Assembly: GCA_002104905.1 (NCBI GenBank)
Contig: MCFE01000052.1
Span: 124,001-188,000 of the forward strand
DNA: 64,000 nucleotides
Direction: 5' to 3'
Origin: Basidiobolus meristosporus CBS 931.73
Taxonomy: Eukaryota; Fungi; Basidiobolomycota
Each line of letters opens with the position of its first letter. Within the stretch, counting starts at the first letter, position 1. A program made the translations under genes and the position numbers. Below are positions 1 through 9,872 of the stretch, piece by piece. The notes beneath the pieces were generated by a model. The model was given only the letters and a program-made list of their open reading frames with translations, was not told the DNA's origin and did not search any database.

Positions 1-1387
1 AAAAGCGAGCTAAAAAGTAGGTGGGCCCACTTCATAAAGATGGTAGAGAAATCCGGAGTATACAAAGGTGCTAACGATGTTTAATTGCCATTGATAATAG
101 GTGGTAAAATCCACCGTGTGAAAGAAATTCAACCATTCCCAAGTATCACAAATCATGGGGTGAAAGTTCGATGGAAGACTCTATACGCGTATCTCATAAA
201 CTTGTTCACTTGCTCAGAGTCATGTGGACAGTGTTTCGAAATACAAATGATGATGCATGTCTAGTGTTGGATGTAGCGAATTTTAGCGATCTAACTAGTA
301 GTAGTGTATTACTAGACCTACAGAGCACGTTCTATCATCTGGTTTATGTCATCAAATTGGCACAAATCCAAACAAAATATGCGCTGTGAATGGACAAATA
401 GTAGTGGTTAGATTAGATCTCCCGGAAGAGGTGTTACAGTTCAATTGTTCTCCAAGGGCTACCACCCCATCCTGAATATGGACCATACTGCCGTGACGAA
501 GTCCTGTCAGTCAAGAAGTGGGCCTCCCACAAGGAATCAGAATTGCATTGTGTCACTTTAAGCTAGGCTAATTTGTTGGAAATTCATTTGACTAGTGGCT
601 TTGTTAAAAAGACTTCAAACTGTGCGCTTACCCTCTAAAACATACTCTTGCCAAGAATCTACAAATATCCCTTTTCACTTCATGAATTTTCTCCGGATAC
701 CCAAAAAGTAATTCACATGCTTCGGGCCCAAACCCTACAGAAAGATGCTAGTTCTTATGAAATAGATTAATGCAACTTGCCAATCGACTAATATTTTAGC
801 GCTTTGTGACTGATTTATGTATTTGAAGGAGCATTTAATCCTCAGATACAAAATTCACCCAACAATGAGCTCATGATTTACAAAGAACACATTTGAATAG
901 AAATATCTGGTGATAGTTCAATTATCGGGATGTTCGATTCTTACAGAATTCCCTGTAGAAAACAAAGTACCTTCCAATATCCACAGCAACCTCTTCGATT
1001 AATTTGTTTCAGTCTGGCACTTGTGGTTGTAATGCAATCAGATATATGCACTTTTTAAGTTTGGTTTCTTCAGGCTAATTCCCGTTGGAGTCTGGCCTAT
1101 CCAATGTGTGAGTACAATTTCAAGCGAATTATGACATAGATTTCAATAGCCAGTTTTAGTGGAATCCAAGCATTTATGAATCCACTGGTACATCTTGATA
1201 TGAAAGCATTTGCCAGTAAAGATAGCTCTAATGTTGGTAAATATTTCCGAAACACTCTATATGCTGTATTTTAGGGTTGCTCAATGAAAGTTGCCTTCAT
1301 GTTGAGTTTATTTAACTACTATATTGATAAGTTGGTTTCATCAGTCTCATAAAATTACTATGCTCAATAGAATCGATTCTTGGGTCA

Positions 1388-2419
1388 TTACGTCAATAAG
1401 ATGGTAACTAAGCCGAAGACAATACCGCCTAAGTAAACACCGCCAATGTTGGAAGATGCGCCACTTTTAGGAGTTGTAGTTGGATTGGATCCACCAGTTG
1501 TGGTGCTGGAGTTAGACTGTTGCCCTGGGATCAACACTCCATCTAGAACATGAACTACACCGTTGCTTGTGAGTACATTCGCAGTGACCACCTTGGCCCC
1601 ATTGATGGTCACACTCCCATTGGCGATCTTCACGTTCAGCACATTCCCCTGCACTGTGGTCAGTTTGTCGCCATCCTTGAGGTCGGTGGAGTACTTGACA
1701 CCTGGACTGACCACATGGTACTTGAGGACGTTGGTGAGAGCGGTGGCATTCAGCGAGCCAGCATTGGCCTTCTTGAATGCCTCATCCACTGGGGCGAAGA
1801 TGGTAGCACCCTTCAGCCCGTCTACGGTTTCCACAAGATTGGCCTTGGTGAGAGCATCCACGAGGGCGGTGAGATTGGCATTGGACGCGGTCTGGCTGGG
1901 CTTCACCGGAGGCAACAGGACCTGATCAATGATGTGAATCACACCATTCGATGACTCGAGATCAGCCTTGACAACATTGGCACTCTTCAGTCCATACGCC
2001 ACTGTGACCCCCTTGTCACCCTTGGTCACCCCCACCACCTGGCCCTTGCCGTCAGGAAGGTTCACCAAACTAGCATCAGTTAGCAGAGTGGTCGGGAACT
2101 GGATTGCTTGGAGATCGGCCGACTGGATCTTGCCAGAGATGACATGGTACTTGAGGACATTCTCCACGAGTGCAGTGTTGGATGTGTCGATGTTTGCCGC
2201 GGTGAAGGCGGCATCGTTCGGGGCAAACACGGTGAATGGACCAGCACCAGATAAGGCGGTCTTGATGGCACTGAAAGCGGGACTGCCAACAATACTGGCC
2301 AAGGTTTTGAGGTCAGAGTTAGCGACAGCGTTGTCGACTATGGACTTCTGAGCATCCTGAGCAACGGTACTTGCAATCAAGGATAGAGCAACGGTAGATA
2401 GAAATAGTTGGACTTTCAT
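1388..2419 (-). CDS. Fasciclin copy A: signal peptide + 2 FAS1 domains + S/T linker + GPI-anchor-like tail
   Basis: Intronless 343-aa ORF with hydrophobic N-terminus MKVQLFLSTVALSLIA. FAS1 motifs FTVFAPNDAAF, LKYHV and NGVIHIIDQVL, then IFAPVDEAF, LKYHVV and NGVVHVLDGVL. Ends in a small-residue site plus hydrophobic tail (SGASSNIGGVYLGGIVFGLVTILLT). Confidence 0.93.
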   Translation of the reverse strand: MKVQLFLSTVALSLIASTVAQDAQKSIVDNAVANSDLKTLASIVGSPAFSAIKTALSGAGPFTVFAPNDAAFTAANIDTSNTALVENVLKYHVISGKIQSADLQAIQFPTTLLTDASLVNLPDGKGQVVGVTKGDKGVTVAYGLKSANVVKADLESSNGVIHIIDQVLLPPVKPSQTASNANLTALVDALTKANLVETVDGLKGATIFAPVDEAFKKANAGSLNATALTNVLKYHVVSPGVKYSTDLKDGDKLTTVQGNVLNVKIANGSVTINGAKVVTANVLTSNGVVHVLDGVLIPGQQSNSSTTTGGSNPTTTPKSGASSNIGGVYLGGIVFGLVTILLT

Positions 2420-2986
2420 ATTTGTATGTTAGATATGCCTGGTCAACTCGGGTGGATTTTATATGGTTCAGCAAGTCTGATGGAGTTATTATCCTTTCGA
2501 TTATTCGATCCAGGGGTATTCACTGGAATGAAAAAATACCAAAACTGTACTGAGTCAGGATCAGTGAACATATTAATCATCATTATATCGACACTCTCCT
2601 TAGTACAGCTCGATCAAATCGAGTTGTGACAATTGCCAAGGTGTGTGCAACCAAATATATCGTAAGTTTGAAGTACGAATGCCTACCCCCATCGAATATT
2701 ACAATGATAAATAGAGGATTCAGGATTCCCACAACCACACGTCTCAATAATAGAAAGTTCCTTTCATCGAAATAAGCTTTCATCAGTGTCTGATCTCCCA
2801 CCACTCCAATTTCCTCAGCAAATATGCACAAGACCAAAATAATAATGGATGCTCGATTGGGCTAGTATTGTCCGGATATCATACCTGACCTACCATGAAC
2901 CTTATTTCACCTTGCATAATTACAGCCATTAAAATGATATATAAAGGGTTTACCTGTTGAAGTGGATCCCAACAATCTCAAGATAA
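2420..2986. promoter_or_regulatory. Divergent intergenic/promoter region between fasciclin A and B
   Basis: Lies between two head-to-head ATGs. TATATAAA-like box near 2937. Homologous in blocks to 7237-7942. Confidence 0.6.
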
Positions 2987-4021
2987 ATGAAAGTCCAACG
3001 ACTGCTATCTACCGTTGCTCTATCCTTGATTGCAAGTACCGTTGCTCAGGATGCTCAGAAGTCCATAGTCGACAACGCTGTCGCCAACTCTGACCTCAAA
3101 ACCTTGGCCAGCATTGTTGGCAGTCCCGCTTTCAGTGCCATCAAGACCGCCTTATCTGGTGCTGGTCCATTCACCGTGTTTGCCCCGAACGATGCCGCCT
3201 TCACCGCGGCAAACATCGACACATCCAACACTGCACTCGTGGAGAATGTCCTCAAGTACCATGTCATCTCTGGCAAGATCCAGTCGGCCGATCTCCAAGC
3301 AATCCAGTTCCCGACCACTCTGCTAACTGATGCTAGTTTGGTGAACCTTCCTGACGGCAAGGGCCAGGTGGTGGGGGTGACCAAGGGTGACAAGGGGGTC
3401 ACAGTGGCGTATGGACTGAAGAGTGCCAATGTTGTCAAGGCTGATCTCGAGTCATCGAATGGTGTGATTCACATCATTGATCAGGTCCTGTTGCCTCCGG
3501 TGAAGCCCAGCCAGACCGCGTCCAATGCCAATCTCACCGCCCTCGTGGATGCTCTCACCAAGGCCAATCTTGTGGAAACCGTAGACGGGCTGAAGGGTGC
3601 TACCATCTTCGCCCCAGTGGATGAGGCATTCAAGAAGGCCAATGCTGGCTCGCTGAATGCCACCGCTCTCACCAACGTCCTCAAGTACCATGTGGTCAGT
3701 CCAGGTGTCAAGTACTCCACCGACCTCAAGGATGGCGACAAGCTGACCACAGTGCAGGGGGATGTGCTGAACGTGAAGATCGCCAATGGGAGTGTGACCA
3801 TCAATGGGGCCAAGGTGGTTACTGCGAATGTACTCACGAGCAACGGTGTAGTTCATGTTCTGGATGGAGTGTTGATCCCAGGGCAACAGTCTAACTCCAG
3901 CACCGCAACCGGTGGATCGAACACGATTTCCATGAATTCAGCCGCTTCCCTTTACCCACATAGCATATACATTTCATTAGTATTGTATCCAGTATCATAC
4001 TTGATTAATAACTCATTTTAA
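2987..4021 (+). CDS. Fasciclin copy B: signal peptide + 2 FAS1 domains + divergent hydrophobic tail
   Basis: 344-aa ORF with core near-identical to copy A. Tail SNTISMNSAASLYPHSIYISLVLYPVSYLINNSF shows no clear similarity to the A/D tail. Confidence 0.92.
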   Translation: MKVQRLLSTVALSLIASTVAQDAQKSIVDNAVANSDLKTLASIVGSPAFSAIKTALSGAGPFTVFAPNDAAFTAANIDTSNTALVENVLKYHVISGKIQSADLQAIQFPTTLLTDASLVNLPDGKGQVVGVTKGDKGVTVAYGLKSANVVKADLESSNGVIHIIDQVLLPPVKPSQTASNANLTALVDALTKANLVETVDGLKGATIFAPVDEAFKKANAGSLNATALTNVLKYHVVSPGVKYSTDLKDGDKLTTVQGDVLNVKIANGSVTINGAKVVTANVLTSNGVVHVLDGVLIPGQQSNSSTATGGSNTISMNSAASLYPHSIYISLVLYPVSYLINNSF

Positions 4022-4395
4022 CACTTTCAATGCCCACTTAAACCTTGGTTGAGCTGCAGCAACAAAGTTACTGACACTTTAATCTGAACCGTTTTAATCT
4101 TGTATGTGATATAACAAAGATATTTCTTCCAAACCATCCGATAGGTTTTGTTTGCATGATGTAACATTGAAAACTTAAACCTTTATATATCAGCTGCCAG
4201 TCCTTGTATTTAGAAAATAGATCCTACTTACCATTCTCATTTACGACCAGCTCAATTGTGAGCACAGGTAATACAGCAACATGCAAGAGTTGTAATAAGG
4301 GGAGCCGACAAAAGCCCACAAATTAATATAGCTTTTTAGATATTTTGGAAACACTTATTTTGCTTTATTTTGCTGCAAACATGCTTTGGACCTTA

Positions 4396-5322
4396 CTAAA
4401 CTGATGAGGTGTGGTTCGACTTCTGTCCTGGGATCAACACCCTATCCAGAACATGAACTACACCGTTGCTTGTGAGTACATTCGCAGTGACCACCTTGGC
4501 CCCATTGATGGTCACACTCCCATGGGCTATCTTCACGTTCAGCACACCCCCCTGCACTGTGGTCAGCTTGTCACCATCCTTGAGGTCGGTGGAGTACTTG
4601 ACACCTGGACTGACCACATGGTACTTGAGGACGTTGGTGAGAGCGGTGGCATTCAGCGAGCCAGCATTGGCCTTCTTGAATGCCTCATCCACTGGGGCGA
4701 AGATGGTAGCACCCTTCAGCCCGTCTACGGTTTCCACAAGATTGGCCTTGGTGAGAGCATCCACGAGGGCGGTGAGATTGGCATTGGACGCGGTCTGGCT
4801 GGGCTTCACCGGAGGCAACAGGACCTGATCAATGATGTGAATCACACCATTCGATGACTCGAGATCAGCCTTGACAACATTGGCACTCTTCAGTCCATAC
4901 GCCACTGTGACCCCCTTGTCACCCTTGGTCACCCCCACCACCTGGCCCTTGCCGTCAGGAAGGTTCACCAAACTAGCATCAGTTAGCAGAGTGGTCGGGA
5001 ACTGGATTGCTTGGAGATCGGCCGACTGGATCTTGCCAGAGATGACATGGTACTTGAGGACATTCTCCACGAGTGCAGTGTTGGATGTGTCGATGTTTGC
5101 CGCGGTGAAGGCGGCATCGTTCGGGGCAAACACGGTGAATGGACCAGCACCAGATAAGGCGGTCTTGATGGCACTGAAAGCGGGACTGCCAACAATGCTG
5201 GCCAAGGTTTTGAGGTCAGAGTTGGCGACAGCGTTGTCGACTATGGACTTCTGAGCATCCTGAGCAACGGTACTGGCAATCAAGTATAGTGCTACAGTAG
5301 ATAGTAGTGCCTGGATTTTCAT
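4396..5322 (-). CDS. Fasciclin copy C: signal peptide + 2 FAS1 domains, no anchor (predicted secreted)
   Basis: 308-aa ORF with the same core. Stops 11 codons after VLI (PGQKSNHTSSV*), with no S/T linker or hydrophobic tail. Confidence 0.9.
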   Translation of the reverse strand: MKIQALLSTVALYLIASTVAQDAQKSIVDNAVANSDLKTLASIVGSPAFSAIKTALSGAGPFTVFAPNDAAFTAANIDTSNTALVENVLKYHVISGKIQSADLQAIQFPTTLLTDASLVNLPDGKGQVVGVTKGDKGVTVAYGLKSANVVKADLESSNGVIHIIDQVLLPPVKPSQTASNANLTALVDALTKANLVETVDGLKGATIFAPVDEAFKKANAGSLNATALTNVLKYHVVSPGVKYSTDLKDGDKLTTVQGGVLNVKIAHGSVTINGAKVVTANVLTSNGVVHVLDRVLIPGQKSNHTSSV

Positions 5323-6201
5323 GGTTGTCTTTGAGATCGGAAAGTTCTTATCTCTCTATCGTCAACTAATACAGGTTTTATATCTCTTTCGGCTCTTCAA
5401 TGGAAGTTTCTGTTCGATTGTTTTAGTTTGAGATGTTGCAAGGTGTCATTCACCTCATTTCTCAATGGCAAGTTATAATCGGTATGAGTCCTCGATCGCC
5501 CGATATAGAGACGTTCAATAGAGATACTGAATAGGGACCAAGGAACGTGAGCGCTAAAATGACCTGGCCTTATTGTACACTCTGGATCGACATCTATATT
5601 ATATTACCTCGATCTTACAAAGTTCCATTGACAGCCAATGGAGCGTGTTAAGCGCTAAAATCTGTGTTAATAACACAGGGATTTGTCGAAATCCTAGGAA
5701 ATTCTTAACACATCCGACTCGGAATTTCAAACAACGATATTCGCTTGATTTAATATTACCACACAAATAGGAAACATACTGACGAACTCCATTGGTCAAT
5801 TTCAATGAAATGGTTACGACCTGCTATACTACATTTTGAAAAGTTTTGATAAACTAACGGTTGGGCTTAAATAGCATATTGTTGGATCACGAAATACGGT
5901 GAGGACAATTCCACATCAATCGTGTTTAAACCGAGCAAATCGATGCACGACAACGTCTTTGATTCATCCAGACTGAGTGTAGTCTCCCAATTAACGCGAT
6001 CACATACATAAAATGGTTTACGTGGTGTTAGTTGCTGTATTATATTGGTTTCTCGTAAGATGTTTGGCGGTACCAATGGGACGAGATATGCTCATAATAA
6101 TGTAAAGTCTAAAGAAATAAGCAAGCTATAAGAATAATGTAGATTTACTGCTACTTGTATTTATTATAATGCGATCGATACGGAAACAACCTCACCATCG
6201 T

Positions 6202-7236
6202 TCATAAAGCAAATGAGATGGCAATTAAACCCAAGAGGATTCCACCAAAGTTGATATTGCCCATGCTGGAAGATGCACCACTTTTAGGAGTAGTGGTTGG
6301 GTTGGATCCACCAGTTGTGGTGCTGGAGTTAGACTGTTGCCCTGGAATCAACACCCCATCCAGAACATGAACTACACCGTTGCTTGTGAGTACATTCGCA
6401 GTGACCACCTTGGCCCCATTGATGGTCACACTCCCATTGGCGATCTTCACGTTCAGCACATCCCCCTGCACTGTGGTCAGCTTGTCGCCATCCTTGAGGT
6501 CGGTGGAGTACTTGACACCTGGACTGACCACATGGTACTTGAGGACGTTGGTGAGAGCGGTGGCATTCAGCGAGCCAGCATTGGCCTTCTTGAATGCCTC
6601 ATCCACTGGGGCGAAGATGGTAGCACCCTTCAGCCCGTCTACGGTTTCCACAAGATTGGCCTTGGTGAGAGCATCCACGAGGGCGGTGAGATTGGCATTG
6701 GACGCGGTCTGGCTGGGCTTCACCGGAGGCAACAGGACCTGATCAATGATGTGAATCACACCATTCGATGACTCGAGATCAGCCTTGACAACATTGGCAC
6801 TCTTCAGTCCATACGCCACTGTGACCCCCTTGTCACCCTTGGTCACCCCCACCACCTGGCCCTTGCCGTCAGGAAGGTTCACCAAACTAGCATCAGTTAG
6901 CAGAGTGGTCGGGAACTGGATTGCTTGGAGATCGGCCGACTGGATCTTGCCAGAGATGACATGGTACTTGAGGACATTCTCCACGAGTGCAGTGTTGGAT
7001 GTGTCGATGTTTGCCGCGGTGAAGGCGGCATCGTTCGGGGCAAACACGGTGAATGGACCAGCACCAGATAAGGCGGTCTTGATGGCACTGAAAGCGGGAC
7101 TGCCAACAATGCTGGCCAAGGTTTTGAGGTCAGAGTTGGCGACAGCGTTGTCGACTATGGACTTCTGAGCATCTTGAGCAATAGTGTTGGCAATCAGGGA
7201 TAGAGCAACGGTAGATAGAAATAGTTGGACTTTCAT
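6202..7236 (-). CDS. Fasciclin copy D: signal peptide + 2 FAS1 domains + GPI-anchor-like tail
   Basis: 344-aa ORF with the same core. Tail SGASSSMGNINFGGILLGLIAISFAL is a diverged homolog of the A tail. Confidence 0.93.
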   Translation of the reverse strand: MKVQLFLSTVALSLIANTIAQDAQKSIVDNAVANSDLKTLASIVGSPAFSAIKTALSGAGPFTVFAPNDAAFTAANIDTSNTALVENVLKYHVISGKIQSADLQAIQFPTTLLTDASLVNLPDGKGQVVGVTKGDKGVTVAYGLKSANVVKADLESSNGVIHIIDQVLLPPVKPSQTASNANLTALVDALTKANLVETVDGLKGATIFAPVDEAFKKANAGSLNATALTNVLKYHVVSPGVKYSTDLKDGDKLTTVQGDVLNVKIANGSVTINGAKVVTANVLTSNGVVHVLDGVLIPGQQSNSSTTTGGSNPTTTPKSGASSSMGNINFGGILLGLIAISFAL

Positions 7237-7942
7237 AGTGGTATGTTAGAATTAGTTTGTATGAGTATCAATGGAATGATTGATATTCATGCCCATTCAA
7301 GTGGCTTTATATGATTTTTTCTTGTATGTTGGGTCGAGTTTATTCGATGGAGATACTCCCTATATTTCCGATCGTTCGATCTAGAGACACTCGATGTAAA
7401 ATTCCCATCGCCATATTCCTGGCTGGACAAGCACAACAGATGGTACTGGATTTGGACCAGCATATTTGAACGGGATGTTTACATTCAGATCGAGATTTGT
7501 TTTAGGACTGCGCGATCATAGAGTACATAATGTCAACTAATTTGTGTCGAGAGTTGCCAAGGGGTGTACAATTTCATAGTGGTTTGTATTCATCGAACAT
7601 TGAAAGATAAATAGTGGACTCAAAAATCACATAATCCCACGTCTCAACAATAGAAAATTCCTTACATCGAGTCTTTTGTCATCAGTCTCTGATCTGCCAA
7701 CACTCCGATTTCCTCCTGGAATTCATCCGGTACACATGGCCAAGATAGTTGCTAATGCTCGATTGGGTGGAAGTCTTACTTTATATGGATTAGTATTGAC
7801 CGGATATTTTACCCAATCCGATACAAACCCTATCTCATTTAAAATACTTGCTGAATTTAGGTCATGGAAATTCCATTGTGTATAAAGCACTATATTATCT
7901 GGTAAAATCAAGATGGTTTCTACAGCGTATTTTATCAGATAT
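7237..7942. promoter_or_regulatory. Divergent intergenic/promoter region between fasciclin D and E, paralogous to 2420-2986
   Basis: Shares ordered blocks with the A/B spacer, e.g. 7606-7670 vs 2706-2770 (12 mismatches in 65 nt by hand alignment). Confidence 0.6.
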
Positions 7943-8681
7943 ATGAAAGTCCAACTATTATTATCTAAATTGGCTATATCCGTTATTATGGGCTACGTGG
8001 TAAGAGTAACCAAGGGTGACAAGGGGGTCACAGTGGCGTATGGACTGAAGAGTGCCAATGTTGTCAAGGCTGATCTCGAGTCATCGAATGGTGTGATTCA
8101 CATCATTGATCAGGTCCTGTTGCCTCCGGTGAAGCCCAGCCAGACCGCGTCCAATGCCAATCTCACCGCCCTCGTGGATGCTCTCACCAAGGCCAATCTT
8201 GTGGAAACCGTAGACGGGACTGAAGGGTGCTACCATCTTCGCCCCAGTGGATGAGGCATTCAAGAAGGCCAATGCTGGCTCGCTGAATGCCACCGCTCTC
8301 ACCAACGTCCTCAAGTACCATGTGGTCAGTCCAGGTGTCAAGTACTCCACCGACCTCAAGGATGGCGACAAGCTGACCACAGTGCAGGGGGATGTGCTGA
8401 ACGTGAAGATCGCCAATGGGAGTGTGACCATCAATGGGGCCAAGGTGGTCACTGCGAATGTACTCACGAGCAACGGTGTAGTTCATGTTCTGGATGGGTT
8501 GTTGATCCCAGGACAACGATCGAATTCGCGTGCAACCAATACTACCAATTCTACAACTGACCCTGAAAGTGCTACGTCTTCTGATTGTGGTGAGCTTCGC
8601 CTTGGTGTTATTTCATTAAGAATAATGATATTTCTCGATTGCTTTCATAAGCGGTCAAATATTTACAATAATACGTATTGA
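7943..8681 (+). pseudogene. Fasciclin copy E: probable pseudogene (in-frame loss of about 109 codons of FAS1 domain 1, +1 frameshift, decayed tail)
   Basis: ATG at 7943. Signal-like MKVQLLLSKLAISVIM is joined directly to GYVVRVTKGDKG, which is codon 126 in copy B. Extra A at 8219 (GACGGGACTGAAG vs GACGGGCTGAAG) splits ORFs 7913-8254 and 8247-8681. Confidence 0.8.
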
Positions 8682-9872
8682 TGATTAATCTATCGACTCA
8701 CCAGAATCGATCAATAGTCGATTAATCCGCAAAGGATGATTTCAATTCACCCCTGAACGATAAAAATTTTAATTATGGCATTTTAAAACCATACCCATAT
8801 AATCGCTTGGGAGTATATTGATTGCCAGAAGCATTCATTATAACTAATGAGGATTAGGTTAGTTCTGATCTGGACTACAGAGGTTCGACGCATTTATAGA
8901 TGTGGATGACATGAACGACTTGTATTTTTCATAAATTTCGGGGCACATTTCAGCTGAATTTGCAACCGAATCACCCTAGCTTTATTGTTGCATCTTTATA
9001 CCAATAGCCTGAGTGTAGCTAGCGGACTTTCTAGAACATTAGTCCGGTGTTCTTTCAAGGAATGTCTGGTCAATTTCCGTAAGATCGTCAGTACCATTCA
9101 GATGATTAATGTTTTTCGGCAGAATTCACTAAAGTCAAAAGCCTAATAATTTGGCATGACCTGCCTCCAAATACCTTCCATGCACACTTCGTCATAGCTG
9201 TTTTACAGCGTACATGCTTTCATGAGAAACTCGTCAGGAAATCTGCCCTAATCACGATCAAGTCTTTGGCCTCATGAGTATCTGACATTGGTTGTTCAAT
9301 TTTGGGACCGGGTTCCATGTGCAGTGCTGGAACGGTGATCCGTATATGGGGCAATCCAGTTTGATGCTATCACGATTGTATCGATATGTAACTTGATAAA
9401 CTATATTTAATAAGCTAATACCACCACATTTATTTGGTAGATTCATATTGAATGAGTGTACACACTTACCAATTCTCCTTTCACACTCTGGACTCTACTA
9501 GTGAAGATCCGGGTAGGCTTGACCTTCTTACAGCAACATTTTCATACTAAGACTCCGGAATGAAGTACAAAAGCACCTCCAGTATATACACTTGCTGCTG
9601 GAGAATTTGTCAGCAAAGATGCCGACACTAAAAACCACTCATATCTCAAGCCCTATTTACTGCATTTCGGCCAAGATATTATGGTGATCTCCAAAAGCAC
9701 ATGATCCCTACAACTATCGCTGAAATGAGTCAGTTTCCATGTACTACGTAAAGTTGCCATCTCGGACTCCATCCATCCGGACACCTTTCTCCTACAACAC
9801 AGCGAAGAATACCGCTTTTTCAACGTAGCCCGAACTTCACAGAACAAACGGCACTGAACCACCACCAACCCA

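Noticed and set aside
1-84. Open frame KSELKSRWAHFIKMVEKSGVYKGANDV* at the window start
   Set aside because: Could be the 3' end of an upstream gene, but it is too short to support or identify.
2609-2623. Palindrome CTCGAT-caa-ATCGAG and frequent TCGA words in fasciclin spacers
   Set aside because: Not preserved at the equivalent position of the paralogous D/E spacer, and short enough to occur by chance.
4254-4263. AATTGTGAGC, matching a lac operator half-site
   Set aside because: Only 10 nt with no other vector sequence nearby; chance match.
1550-7168. Many repeated 70-148 aa ORFs overlapping the fasciclin genes (MTTLALFSPY..., MLVSTFAVTT..., MNYTVACEY...)
   Set aside because: Antisense or alternate-frame shadows of GC-rich, codon-biased coding sequence. 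They recur only because the cores are identical.
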